Source: Phascolarctobacterium sp. (GTDB lineage Bacteria > Bacillota > Negativicutes > Acidaminococcales > Acidaminococcaceae). From it: a stretch of DNA of 64,000 bases. Every line of letters starts with the position of its first letter. Positions within the stretch are counted from its first letter, which is position 1. The stretch spans positions 5,137 to 69,136 of the forward strand of contig NZ_JBGVLF010000041.1 in assembly GCF_045124115.1 (NCBI RefSeq). The letters run 5' to 3'. The translations under genes and the position numbers were made by a program. The notes beneath the pieces are model-generated. The model made no database searches and was not told the origin of the DNA. It saw only the letters and a program-made list of their open reading frames with translations. Of the stretch, positions 1 to 10,441 are shown in pieces.

Positions 1-3000
1 GCTTTGAATCTGACACGTATCAACGATATCCGCAGCGAAGTAGAGGCGCAGGTGGAGCCTTTGGCTCAGGCTGCTGCCAAAACGGAGCAATATAATAAGC
101 TGAGTGAAGAACTGCGTTTGTGCCGTTTAACGGTGCTGATGCGTAAATTAGATAATATGGCGGACGCCAATGCTGCTTTGATTGCCAAGAAGGATGCTGC
201 AGCTGATGCTTTTTCTGCGCAGGCAGCAGTGTTGAGCCGTAAGGAAGCGGCAATAGTCCAACTGCAGCATGAATTGGATAAGCTGGCAGAAGGCTATAGC
301 CAATTGCAGGAAGCGGTCAAGGAGCAGGAAACTGCTTTAGAAAAGTTGCGCGGCAAGCAGGGCGTGCTGGAGGAACGCAGTCAGCAAAGCGCCCGTTCTG
401 CAGAGCGTTTGCTGCAAAATAATGAGAAGCTTTCCATGCGCGCGGAAGAGCTGGAGCAAAAAATGCAGGAGCTGGCAGCGGAGTTTGATGCTGTTGACGA
501 AAAGCGTGCCCAGGCAGCTATGTCCATGGAAAAGCTGCAGGCTGAGCGAGACGTGCAGGCTAAAGCTTTGGCAGATGTACAACATGAAAGCGCTGCGGCC
601 CAAAGCAGCTTCTTTGCCGGAATGCAGGAGCTTTTAAAGCTTCGTAACGAGCTTCATGGCTTGGAGCAGCAGCAGGAGCAAAGAATGCGCCGTCGCGATG
701 CTTTGAAGAAAAGCATTGAAGAAGCAGAAGAACAACAATCTAGAGCGGAAGAACAATATAACCGCCTATTAGAAAATCAGGCTAATACAAACCATGCTTT
801 GGAATTACTCCAAAAAAATGCGACTGATATTGCGAGTCAAAAGGAAGCGAATCAAAAACGTTTGGCTACTATTACTAACGCACAGCAGCAGTGCCAACGT
901 CAATTGACGGCGGCGGAAACGCGGGAGCAAAGCTTGCGCCGTTTGCAGACTGCCTATGAGGGCTTTGGCTATGGCATTAAGTCCGTAATGAAAAGCAATG
1001 CCCCTTGGCGCAGTGAGCTCTTGGGCGTTGCTGCAGAGCTAATTAAGGTAGATGCTAAATACGTGGCAGCTATGGAAACTGCTTTAGGCGAAGGCGCCCA
1101 GAATATCGTGGCACGTACTGCTAATGCAGCGAAAGCCGCCATTGCCTACTTGAAACAGACCGGGGGAGGCAGAGCAACCTTCCTGCCCTTGGATACAGTG
1201 CAGAAGCGTACACCTACCCGTGAGGAAGAAGCGGTGGCACGTATGCCCGGTGTCTGTGGGTTCGCCGTGGACCTTATCGACTTCCGTTCGGAAGCAGAAA
1301 ATGCCATTCGTTTTCTTTTGGGACGGGTGCTGATTGCGGAAAACATGAATGCTGCCTTGGCAGCGGCAAAGGCTGCGCGCTTCCGTCTGCGGGTTGTCAC
1401 CCTTGACGGTGACGTTATTAACGCAGGCGGCAGTATGAGCGGCGGCAGCAGGAAGCAGAAGGAAGGCTATTTGAGCCGTGAAGCAGAAATAGAGCGTGCC
1501 CAAGAGCAGTGCCGCAGGCTCCATGAAGAAATGCTTAACTGGCAGGAACAACTGGAAGCAGAAGAAGCCGTGCTTATGGGACATGATCGCAAGCTGCAGA
1601 CAGTTAACGAAGATTTACAGCAGCAACGCTTAAAGGCCAGCGAAATCAAGCTGCGCTTGGAGCAGGTGCTGCAGACGAAGGATAGAGAAAACGAGCGCTT
1701 AACCGTTCTTCTTGACGACCGTAGCCAGGTAACCAATGAATACCTAGCGGATCGCGATAGAGTGAAGGCTTTGCGTGCTACCGTAGCGGAGCGGGAAAAC
1801 CAAGATACGGAAGCAAAAGCGCAAATGGAAGCACTGCAGAAGCAGATTGCTCAAGCAGGTAGTGCCTTGACGGCGTTGGAAAACCAACTGCAGGATGCTC
1901 GCGTTACTTTGGAAACATCTGCAGCCCAAAGCAAGCTGATGAGCGAACGTATGCAAGGCTTAGACCAAGATACAGTGCAGGTGCGTAAGGAAATCCTTGC
2001 CAACACTGAGGAAGCAGAGCAACTGCAAAAGGTTGTAGAGCAATGTGCTATAGAAAAGGAAGAACTGCAGGATAAAGAGCAGACTGCTATGGCGGAATTG
2101 CAGCGGATTATGGGCGGCAAGGACGCTTTTGCAGAGCAACGCGGCCAGCTGCTGACCAAGCAGGGGCAGTTGGAAGAAGAAGTTGCCCAGGTCCGTAAAG
2201 ATGTGGCAGGAGCAGAAGCGAAACTGCGACAGACGGAGCTGGAGCTGGCACGTCAGGAAAGCGACTGGCAGCATGTATTGGAGCAGCTGGCGCAGGATTA
2301 CCACATGGATGAGGCAGCAGCCCGTCAGGTGGATACCAGTGCGCTGGACACTTTTGATATAAAAGCACTGCAGAAGCAGGAAAGCAAATTGTCCTTGGCT
2401 ATTAGTGCCTTGGGCCCCATTAATGCGGCAGCCATTGAAGAATATACTGCTATTAAGGAGCGTAGCCAGTTCTTGGCACGCCAGTATGAAGATTTGTCCA
2501 CAGCAAAAGATAATTTAGAAGCGGTTATCGGTGAAATCAACAGCGGTATGACCAAGCGCTTTAAAGAAGCTTTTGCCAAAATAAATGAGTATTTTGCCCA
2601 ATGCTATGTCAAGCTTTTTGGCGGCGGTACAGCGGTACTAAAGCTGACGGAGCCTGAAGATTTGCTTAACAGCGGTATTGATATCGAAGTGCAGCCTCCC
2701 GGTAAGAAGCTGCAAAGCCTGTATCTGATGAGCGGCGGTGAAAGAGCCTTGACGGTTATCGCCCTGCTTTTTGCTTTGCTAAGCTATCAGCCGTCACCAT
2801 TCTGTATTTTGGACGAAATCGATGCTGCTTTAGATGATGCCAATATCCAGCGTTTTGCCAACTTCCTGCGTGACTATGCAGGCAAGACGCAGTTCATTGT
2901 TATTACCCACCGTAAAGGTACCATGGAATGTGCTGATATTATGTATGGCGTGACCATGGAAGAGTCCGGTGTATCGAAATTACTATCCGTTAAGATAAAT

Positions 3001-3015
3001 GCAAAGGAGAGTTGA
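1..3015 (+). CDS. smc: Chromosome segregation protein SMC, 5'-truncated by the window edge
   Basis: Very long coiled-coil-rich ORF (E/Q/K/A/L). Hinge-like segment is present. C-terminal ABC signature LMSGGERALTVIALLFALL and Walker B FCILDEIDAALD. Followed by ftsY, as in the conserved smc-ftsY arrangement. Confidence 0.92.
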   Translation, partial: ALNLTRINDIRSEVEAQVEPLAQAAAKTEQYNKLSEELRLCRLTVLMRKLDNMADANAALIAKKDAAADAFSAQAAVLSRKEAAIVQLQHELDKLAEGYSQLQEAVKEQETALEKLRGKQGVLEERSQQSARSAERLLQNNEKLSMRAEELEQKMQELAAEFDAVDEKRAQAAMSMEKLQAERDVQAKALADVQHESAAAQSSFFAGMQELLKLRNELHGLEQQQEQRMRRRDALKKSIEEAEEQQSRAEEQYNRLLENQANTNHALELLQKNATDIASQKEANQKRLATITNAQQQCQRQLTAAETREQSLRRLQTAYEGFGYGIKSVMKSNAPWRSELLGVAAELIKVDAKYVAAMETALGEGAQNIVARTANAAKAAIAYLKQTGGGRATFLPLDTVQKRTPTREEEAVARMPGVCGFAVDLIDFRSEAENAIRFLLGRVLIAENMNAALAAAKAARFRLRVVTLDGDVINAGGSMSGGSRKQKEGYLSREAEIERAQEQCRRLHEEMLNWQEQLEAEEAVLMGHDRKLQTVNEDLQQQRLKASEIKLRLEQVLQTKDRENERLTVLLDDRSQVTNEYLADRDRVKALRATVAERENQDTEAKAQMEALQKQIAQAGSALTALENQLQDARVTLETSAAQSKLMSERMQGLDQDTVQVRKEILANTEEAEQLQKVVEQCAIEKEELQDKEQTAMAELQRIMGGKDAFAEQRGQLLTKQGQLEEEVAQVRKDVAGAEAKLRQTELELARQESDWQHVLEQLAQDYHMDEAAARQVDTSALDTFDIKALQKQESKLSLAISALGPINAAAIEEYTAIKERSQFLARQYEDLSTAKDNLEAVIGEINSGMTKRFKEAFAKINEYFAQCYVKLFGGGTAVLKLTEPEDLLNSGIDIEVQPPGKKLQSLYLMSGGERALTVIALLFALLSYQPSPFCILDEIDAALDDANIQRFANFLRDYAGKTQFIVITHRKGTMECADIMYGVTMEESGVSKLLSVKINAKES

Positions 3016-3017
3016 TC

Positions 3018-3935
3018 ATGGGTTTTTTTGAGCGTTTAAAGGAGGGCCTGAGCAAGACCAGACGCAATTTTACTGACCGTATTCAAGAATTGGTCGGTAT
3101 GTCCGCAACTATTGACGAGGACTTTTTAGAAGAGCTGGAGATGATCCTGCTTACTGCGGACGTAGGTGTAAAGACTACAGAAAAATTGATTGATGCTGTT
3201 CGTCAGGCTGCCAAGAAGAAAGAGATCTCCGGTACGGAGGAAGTTATTCCTTTCTTGAAGAAGTATTTGAGCGAGCTGCTCAAGGATTCCGGCCAACGCA
3301 CCCGCATTGGTGCTAAACCTACAGTAATCTTAGTAGTAGGCGTAAATGGCGTAGGCAAGACTACTACCATCGGCAAGCTTGCTAACTATTTTACTTTGTT
3401 CAAATACAAGGTAATTATGGCAGCAGGCGATACCTTCCGTGCTGCAGCTGCAGAACAGCTGCAAATCTGGGGCGAGCGTGCTCATTGTGATGTTATCCGC
3501 CACAACGAAGGCGCAGATCCTGCGGCAGTAGTTTTTGATGCAGTGAAGGCAGCAGTTGCCCGCAAGGCAGATATTCTCTTTATCGATACTGCAGGTCGTT
3601 TGCAGAACAAAACTAATCTGATGAACGAGCTGGAAAAAATTCACCGCATTATTAAACGTGAAATTCCTGAAGCTCCTCACGAAACTTTCTTGGTGTTGGA
3701 TGCAACTACCGGTCAGAATGCCATTACCCAAGCCAAGGTGTTTATGGAAACTGCCAACGTAACCGGTGTAGTATTGACTAAACTGGATGGTACTGCTAAG
3801 GGCGGTGTTGTTGTTGCCATTAAGGAAGAGCTGGGGCTGCCTGTAAAATGGATTGGTGTTGGCGAAGGCATTATGGACTTCCGACCCTTTGAACCTGATA
3901 AGTTTGTAGAAGCTCTGTTTGATACAGGCAAATAA
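3018..3935 (+). CDS. ftsY: Signal recognition particle receptor FtsY
   Basis: SRP-GTPase motifs [36 protein letters not shown] lies upstream of ATG 3018; the track ORF begins at TTG 3012. Confidence 0.92.
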   Translation: MGFFERLKEGLSKTRRNFTDRIQELVGMSATIDEDFLEELEMILLTADVGVKTTEKLIDAVRQAAKKKEISGTEEVIPFLKKYLSELLKDSGQRTRIGAKPTVILVVGVNGVGKTTTIGKLANYFTLFKYKVIMAAGDTFRAAAAEQLQIWGERAHCDVIRHNEGADPAAVVFDAVKAAVARKADILFIDTAGRLQNKTNLMNELEKIHRIIKREIPEAPHETFLVLDATTGQNAITQAKVFMETANVTGVVLTKLDGTAKGGVVVAIKEELGLPVKWIGVGEGIMDFRPFEPDKFVEALFDTGK

Positions 3936-3943
3936 GCGCATAA

Positions 3944-4056
3944 AAAGAGGCTGAGACAAAACCAGTCTTAGTTGCCATATCCCAAGACGAATCATTTGCG
4001 ATTTTAGCTCATGAGTCGGGATATGGTAACTTGACTATATCTGTCTCAGCCTCTTT
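3944..4056. terminator. ~113-nt extended hairpin between convergent ftsY and the 4073-4606 gene
   Basis: Perfect 15-bp outer stem AAAGAGGCTGAGACA (3944-3958) / TGTCTCAGCCTCTTT (4042-4056). Inner stem CCATATCCC (3975-3983) / GGGATATGG (4018-4026). A T-run follows on the minus strand. Confidence 0.55.
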
Positions 4057-4072
4057 CTGTGTAAGGCATTTT

Positions 4073-4606
4073 TTATTTCAGCATACGGTTGAAGGTGTCC
4101 AGCAAACCGCCTTTAAAGCAGAGCAGCAGGCCGCCAACGGCACCAACCGCAGCTTGCAGAATTTGGTAGGGCAGTTTGATGTAAGCGTAGTAGGGAGTGC
4201 TGTAGATAAAGGCACGACCTAAAGAATAGCCTACTACCATGATGATGGCACCAACGAATACGCCCAAAGCAGCATTCTTAAAAGTTACGTTGCCGTCACG
4301 ATGGGCAATGTACCAGATGGCTGCAGCTTGCAGACCGTGGGTTGCCAAGGATACGAACATGGGCGTGGGGTAGAAGAACAGGTCGCCTAAGAAAGCGCCT
4401 ACGCCGCCAACAATGAAGGCTGCTTTGGGACTGGGCAGGAGCAGGGCTGCGGTACAGATGATTACATCGTTCAAGTAGCAGCGTCCACCGGGAACAGGTA
4501 CGCCAAAGGAGCTCATCAAAATATTTAAGCCCATAAAGAGCGCAGTTACGCATAAAGCTGTGGTGGTAGAATTAGTACGGGTTTGAGTGTTTTCCATTAT
4601 ATACAT
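4073..4606 (-). CDS. Small polytopic membrane protein, ECF-transporter S-component-like (substrate unknown)
   Basis: 177 aa with about 5-6 hydrophobic helices. Size and pattern resemble ECF substrate-capture components. Family assignment is by eye only. Confidence 0.45.
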   Translation of the reverse strand: MYIMENTQTRTNSTTTALCVTALFMGLNILMSSFGVPVPGGRCYLNDVIICTAALLLPSPKAAFIVGGVGAFLGDLFFYPTPMFVSLATHGLQAAAIWYIAHRDGNVTFKNAALGVFVGAIIMVVGYSLGRAFIYSTPYYAYIKLPYQILQAAVGAVGGLLLCFKGGLLDTFNRMLK

Positions 4607-4730
4607 CCCTTCGGTTTATATGATAGAATCTATTATAAAACTATTTGGTTATATGAATATGACCAAAATATAAAAATTTAGCATGACCAGATTGTTGGAA
4701 ACATTTCTTCTATATTTTATGCTGGAATAA

Positions 4731-5527
<797 letters not shown>

Positions 5528-5528
<1 letters not shown>

Positions 5529-6091
5529 TGGCAACTGTTAAAGAAATCACCACTAATATCGAAAGCAAAATGCATAAATCTGTAGATGCATTGAAGGTAG
5601 ACCTGGCAAGCCTGCGTGCAGGCCGTGCTACCCCGGCATTGTTGGAAAAGGTTATGGTAGACTACTATGGTTCTCCCACTCCCGTTAACCAAGTAGCAAG
5701 CGTAACTGTTCCCGAACCCCGCATGATCGTTATCCAACCTTGGGAAAAGAACTTGCTGAAGGATATTGAAAAAGCAATCATGAAATCCGACTTGGGCTTG
5801 AACCCCAACAGCGACGGCGTATGCATCCGCTTGAATCTGCCCCAGCTGACTGAAGAACGTCGTAAAGACTTGGTTAAAGTGGTACATAAGAAAGCAGAAG
5901 AATTCCGCGTAGTAGTACGCAACCTGCGCCGTGATGCTAACGATGCTATTAAAAAAGCAGAAAAAGCTAAAGAAATCACTGAGGACGAATCCAAGAAGGG
6001 CGTAGAGCAAGTACAAAAGCTCACCGACAAGATTATGAAGGATATCGATTCTGCAGCTGCTGCTAAAGAAAAAGAAGTAATGGAAATCTGA
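5528..6091 (+). CDS. frr: Ribosome recycling factor
   Basis: 187 aa with typical RRF sequence ([13 protein letters not shown]..., [14 protein letters not shown]). Start overlaps the pyrH stop. Confidence 0.94.
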
Positions 6092-6330
6092 TGGAAGTGC
6101 CGAATCTTTTGGCTTTGTCCTTGGAGGAAGCGGAGCACCGCCTGCAGGCTGCAGGTATGGAGTACGAAGTACAGCTTTTGTTACCGCCTAGGGACAGCGA
6201 AGAAGACTTTGCCGGTAAACCGGTGCGTAAATATGTAGTACGACAGCAAGTTCTGTCTGCTAATAAAGTAGGTCTTACCATAGTGTATCGATTAGGAAAG
6301 GAGGTGCACGTTAATGGCTCTGAAAATTGA
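6091..6330 (+). CDS. Small single PASTA-like domain protein
   Basis: 79 aa. VPNLLALSLEEAEHRLQAAGMEYEV...VVRQQV...GLTIVYRLG fits the PASTA pattern by eye. ATG overlaps the frr stop (tgATGg). Confidence 0.45.
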   Translation: MEVPNLLALSLEEAEHRLQAAGMEYEVQLLLPPRDSEEDFAGKPVRKYVVRQQVLSANKVGLTIVYRLGKEVHVNGSEN

Positions 6331-6478
6331 TAAAGAAGCTTGCGTAGGCTGCGGCGGCTGTGCTGCTACTTGCCCCGTTGGCGCTATTACTGAGGCTGAT
6401 GGCAAATACGAAATCGGTGAAGATTGCGTAGAATGCGGCGCTTGCGCTGCTCAATGCCCCGTTGGTGCTATTGAGTAA
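6314..6478 (+). CDS. Clostridial-type 2x[4Fe-4S] ferredoxin, 54 aa, absent from the ORF track
   Basis: MALKIDKEACVGCGGCAATCPVGAITEADGKYEIGEDCVECGACAAQCPVGAIE. Contains two CxxCxxCxxxCP motifs. TAA stop at 6476-6478. Confidence 0.8.
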   Translation: MALKIDKEACVGCGGCAATCPVGAITEADGKYEIGEDCVECGACAAQCPVGAIE

Positions 6479-6553
6479 TCCATATTGTAATTTAGAGAAG
6501 GCGGCCTCTTTTTAGGGGCCTGCCTCTTCTATTATGACGACCGGAAAGGCTTG

Positions 6554-7345
6554 ATGAATTTGTTTAAAGGCTTGTTTCAAACTAAAAGAAAAGTACAGAA
6601 CGATGTCGTTGTGGATACAACAGGTCTGGATATGGAAAATATCCCCAAGCATATCGCCATCATTATGGACGGTAACGGCCGTTGGGCCAAAGCCCAGGGC
6701 AAAGTGCGTACCTATGGCCATCAGGCAGGTGCGGAAACCTTAAAGACCATTGTTAAGGCAGCGGATAAGCTGGGTGTACAGGTTATCAGCGCCTATGCTT
6801 TTTCTACGGAAAATTGGAAGCGTCCCGTAACGGAAGTCAACTTCATCATGGAACTTTTGAGCCGTTATTTGACCAACGAGATTGAAGAATTTAACGATAA
6901 TAATGTGCAGGTACGTTTTATCGGTTCCCGGGAAGGCTTGCCGGAAATCGTAAAGCAGAAGATGGACCATGCCATCGAGGCAACCAAGAATAACACCGGC
7001 ATTATTTTAAATTTGGCTATTAACTACGGTGGCCAGGCAGAAATCTTGCATGCTGTACGCACCATTGCGGCGGAAGCTGCAGCAGGCAGTCTGGACGTAG
7101 CTAAAATAGATAAAAAAGTGGTGGAGGAGCATCTCTATACAGCAGGCTTGCCTGCACCGGATCTGCTCATCCGTCCCGGCGGTGATTTGCGCATCAGTAA
7201 TTTCCTCCTATGGCAGATCGCTTATGCCGAAATCTGGACTACTAAGGTGTTTTGGCCGGAATTTACTCCCGACCATTTGGTAGATGCTATTTTAGCCTAC
7301 CAAGGGCGTGAACGTCGTTTTGGCGGCCTAGTAGAAAAGAAATAA
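6554..7345 (+). CDS. uppS: Undecaprenyl diphosphate synthase
   Basis: HIAIIMDGNGRWA, FSTENWKRP and RISNFLLWQIAYAE motifs. Confidence 0.93.
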   Translation: MNLFKGLFQTKRKVQNDVVVDTTGLDMENIPKHIAIIMDGNGRWAKAQGKVRTYGHQAGAETLKTIVKAADKLGVQVISAYAFSTENWKRPVTEVNFIMELLSRYLTNEIEEFNDNNVQVRFIGSREGLPEIVKQKMDHAIEATKNNTGIILNLAINYGGQAEILHAVRTIAAEAAAGSLDVAKIDKKVVEEHLYTAGLPAPDLLIRPGGDLRISNFLLWQIAYAEIWTTKVFWPEFTPDHLVDAILAYQGRERRFGGLVEKK

Positions 7346-7369
7346 GTGAGAAATCAGGTGTAAGTTTTT

Positions 7370-8248
7370 ATGTTAACAAGAATTATAACCGGTCTTGTGG
7401 GCATTGCGGCGGCCATCGGCATCATCACTAAGGGTGGCTTGGTGTTTGCGGCTGCAGTCTTTCTCTTGGCAGCTATCGGTTGGTACGAATATCATAAAAT
7501 GGCTGCATCCAAGGACTATCATGTATACCCATTGACCTCCGGCTTGGGCTCCGTCTTGATTGTAGGCATGGCGGCACTGGGCTATTATGTGGAAATGGAG
7601 CAGGTCTTTACCCTGGCCTTCATGGTCATGCTGACCGCGCTCTTTTTCATTTTCAACGCTATTGAAGGTTTGTGGCGCCACTGCAACCGTGGTGATGACA
7701 AATGGCTTGCCAACACTGCCTTGTCCGCTTGGGCAATGCTGTACTGCGGCTTGCTGTTTGCCCATGTAATCCTGCTCCGTTCCTTCGACGGCGGCCCCCA
7801 CATTGATTTGGGCTTCCGTGTTTTTGAGTACGGCGAAATCTGTCTGTGGGTGGTGCTCTTAGGCACATGGGCCAGCGATACCTTTGCCTATTTCTTCGGC
7901 CGTGCTTTTGGCAAGACGCCTTTCTGCAGCGTTAGTCCCAAAAAATCTTTTGAAGGCGCAGTAAGCGGTTTTGTAGGCTGTTTCATTGTGGTTATGGCTT
8001 TGGGCATCCTGTACCTTGGCCTGCCTTTGTGGCAAGCAGTATTCCTGGGCGCAGCAGTGGCTGTTTTTGCACCTTTGGGCGATTTGATCGAGTCCATTAT
8101 CAAGCGTTCCTTTGAAATCAAGGACTCCGGCAACATTTTCCCGGGTCACGGCGGCGTACTGGACCGTTTCGACAGCTTGCTTTTTACTGCACCTGTTGTT
8201 TATTATGTTTTAATGATTATCAGCATTTTTAGCTTTTATCAATTCTAA
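7370..8248 (+). CDS. cdsA: Phosphatidate cytidylyltransferase
   Basis: Polytopic membrane protein. C-terminal CDS signature SIIKRSFEIKDSGNIFPGHGGVLDRFDS. Confidence 0.9.
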   Translation: MLTRIITGLVGIAAAIGIITKGGLVFAAAVFLLAAIGWYEYHKMAASKDYHVYPLTSGLGSVLIVGMAALGYYVEMEQVFTLAFMVMLTALFFIFNAIEGLWRHCNRGDDKWLANTALSAWAMLYCGLLFAHVILLRSFDGGPHIDLGFRVFEYGEICLWVVLLGTWASDTFAYFFGRAFGKTPFCSVSPKKSFEGAVSGFVGCFIVVMALGILYLGLPLWQAVFLGAAVAVFAPLGDLIESIIKRSFEIKDSGNIFPGHGGVLDRFDSLLFTAPVVYYVLMIISIFSFYQF

Positions 8249-8257
8249 GAGGTTCCT

Positions 8258-9409
8258 ATGAAAAATATTTCTCTTTTAGGTAGCACCGGTTCCATCGGCC
8301 GGCAAACCATTGAGGTTGCAGCTGCTAATCCTGATAAGATGAAGATTCGCGTTTTAGCTGCCCATACCAGCGACGAGCTGATGGAGCAGCAGATTAAGGC
8401 TGTGGAGCCTGATTTGGCAGTATTGTCCGATAAGGACGCTGCAGCACGTTTAGCTAAACGTTACCATGGTAAAACCGAGATTTTGGCAGGTGAGGAAGGC
8501 CTTTTGACCGCTGCTACCTATGCAGGTGCAGATACCGTCCTTGCTTCCATGGTTGGCTATGCAGGTCTGCGTCCTACTATGGCTGCCATTAAATGCGGTA
8601 AGAATATTGCCTTGGCCAACAAGGAAACACTTGTGGCTGCAGGCAGTCTGGTTATGAGTGCTGTAGCGGAGCAGGGTGTGAGCCTTACTCCTGTGGATAG
8701 CGAGCATAGCGCTATTTTCCAATCCTTGCGCGGCGGGCGTGCTAACGAAGTAAAGCGTTTATTGATTACTGCTTCCGGTGGTCCTTTCCGAGGCAGGAAG
8801 CGTGCCGATTTGGAAAACGTTACTTTGGCGCAATGCCTGCATCATCCCAACTGGAGCATGGGCAAAAAAATAACCGTTGATTCTTCTACTCTGGCTAACA
8901 AAGGCTTGGAGGTTATCGAAGCTCATTGGTTGTTTAATATGCCTTATGATAAGATTGATGTGGTAGTGCATCCTCAAAGCATCGTCCATAGTCTGGTAGA
9001 ATTTTGTGACGGCAGCGTTATTTCCCAGATGGGCGAACCCGATATGCGTTTACCCATCCAATATGCTTTAAGCTGGCCGGAGCGCTATCCTTACGCTTTT
9101 GACCAACTTGATTTGGTGAAGGCTGGCACCTTGACTTTTGAAGCACCGGATACGGAAGCTTTTCCGTCCCTGCGTATTGCTGTGGAATGCGGCAAAGCAG
9201 GCGGCACGCTGCCCTGTGTCTTCAACGCTGCCAACGAGGAAGCGGTGTATGCTTTCTTGGCAGATAAAATTAAGTATTTAGATATTCCTTATATTACGGA
9301 AACTGTTACCCAAGCTCACCAAAACATTGCTGTGCCCACTATTGAAGATATTGAAGCAGCAGATGCGTGGGGTAGGGAGCAGGCTAGAGAAATTATTGGG
9401 AGGCTCTAA
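8258..9409 (+). CDS. dxr: 1-deoxy-D-xylulose 5-phosphate reductoisomerase
   Basis: GSTGSIG, LANKE, DSEHSAIFQ and HPNWSMG motifs. Confidence 0.94.
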   Translation: MKNISLLGSTGSIGRQTIEVAAANPDKMKIRVLAAHTSDELMEQQIKAVEPDLAVLSDKDAAARLAKRYHGKTEILAGEEGLLTAATYAGADTVLASMVGYAGLRPTMAAIKCGKNIALANKETLVAAGSLVMSAVAEQGVSLTPVDSEHSAIFQSLRGGRANEVKRLLITASGGPFRGRKRADLENVTLAQCLHHPNWSMGKKITVDSSTLANKGLEVIEAHWLFNMPYDKIDVVVHPQSIVHSLVEFCDGSVISQMGEPDMRLPIQYALSWPERYPYAFDQLDLVKAGTLTFEAPDTEAFPSLRIAVECGKAGGTLPCVFNAANEEAVYAFLADKIKYLDIPYITETVTQAHQNIAVPTIEDIEAADAWGREQAREIIGRL

Positions 9410-10426
9410 TTGTTAACTATTCTTGCGGCCATTTTTGTTTTTGGCGTTCTAGTCACTGTGCACGAATTTGGCCATTTTATTACAGCTAAGCTAACCGGTA
9501 TGCGGGTGGATGAATTTGCTATCGGTTTCGGTCCCACTATCTATCAGCAAAAAGATGGGGACACTATGTATAGCTTGCGCATTATTCCTTTGGGTGGTTA
9601 TAATAAAATCGCCGGCATGGACCCTGATGATCCGGTAGAGCCCGATGCTTTCAATTCCAAGCCCATTCCTGCACGTCTGCTGGTTATTTTGGCAGGCGCT
9701 ATTATGAACTTTATCCTGCCGATTATTTTGTTTACAGGCATTTTCTTTGTCCAAGGCAGTGAACGTGTTGTCAACGAGCCTGTTTTGGGTACGGTGATGA
9801 CGGGAATGGCAGCGGAGAAGGCAGGACTACAGAAGGGCGACAGGATTTTGACTATTAACGGGCAAAAGATGCAGGATTGGTCTGCTGTCGTTACCACCTT
9901 GCGTGCTAACGGTACCAAGCCTGTGGCTTTGACTGCAGAGCGTGACGGTGTGGTTCGTGACTACACTATGACACCGGTTTTTGATACGGAGGCCAAACGT
10001 CCTTTGATCGGTATTTCTCCTAAAGTGGAGCACCGCAATATGGGGTTCTTTGAATCCGTAGGCGAAAGCATTAGCTATACTAAATATATTATTACTGCTA
10101 TGGTGGATGGCTTAGCCAAGATTATTACCGGCAAAGCTCCGGCGGAGGTTTCCGGGCCTATTGGTGTAGCTCAGATGGCAGGGCAGGTGGCAGAAAAAGG
10201 TCTGCTGCCGTTGATGAATTTTGTGGCCTTTTTAAGTATTAACTTGGGCGTTATCAATCTGCTGCCTTTACCGGCGCTGGATGGCGGTCATGTGGTGCTG
10301 TTGTTCCTAGAGGTTCTGCGTGGCAAGCCTTTGGGCAGCAAGGCTATGTATAATATCCAGATGGTTGGTGTAGGCTTGATTATAGCTTTGACACTGTTTT
10401 CCACATTTAAGGATATAACACGTTAA
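9410..10426 (+). CDS. rseP: Site-2 (RIP) zinc metalloprotease RseP/RasP family
   Basis: HEFGHF zinc motif, one PDZ-like segment, LNLLPLPALDGG motif. TTG start immediately after the dxr stop. Confidence 0.88.
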   Translation: MLTILAAIFVFGVLVTVHEFGHFITAKLTGMRVDEFAIGFGPTIYQQKDGDTMYSLRIIPLGGYNKIAGMDPDDPVEPDAFNSKPIPARLLVILAGAIMNFILPIILFTGIFFVQGSERVVNEPVLGTVMTGMAAEKAGLQKGDRILTINGQKMQDWSAVVTTLRANGTKPVALTAERDGVVRDYTMTPVFDTEAKRPLIGISPKVEHRNMGFFESVGESISYTKYIITAMVDGLAKIITGKAPAEVSGPIGVAQMAGQVAEKGLLPLMNFVAFLSINLGVINLLPLPALDGGHVVLLFLEVLRGKPLGSKAMYNIQMVGVGLIIALTLFSTFKDITR

Positions 10427-10441
10427 GAGGTGAAGTTTGTA

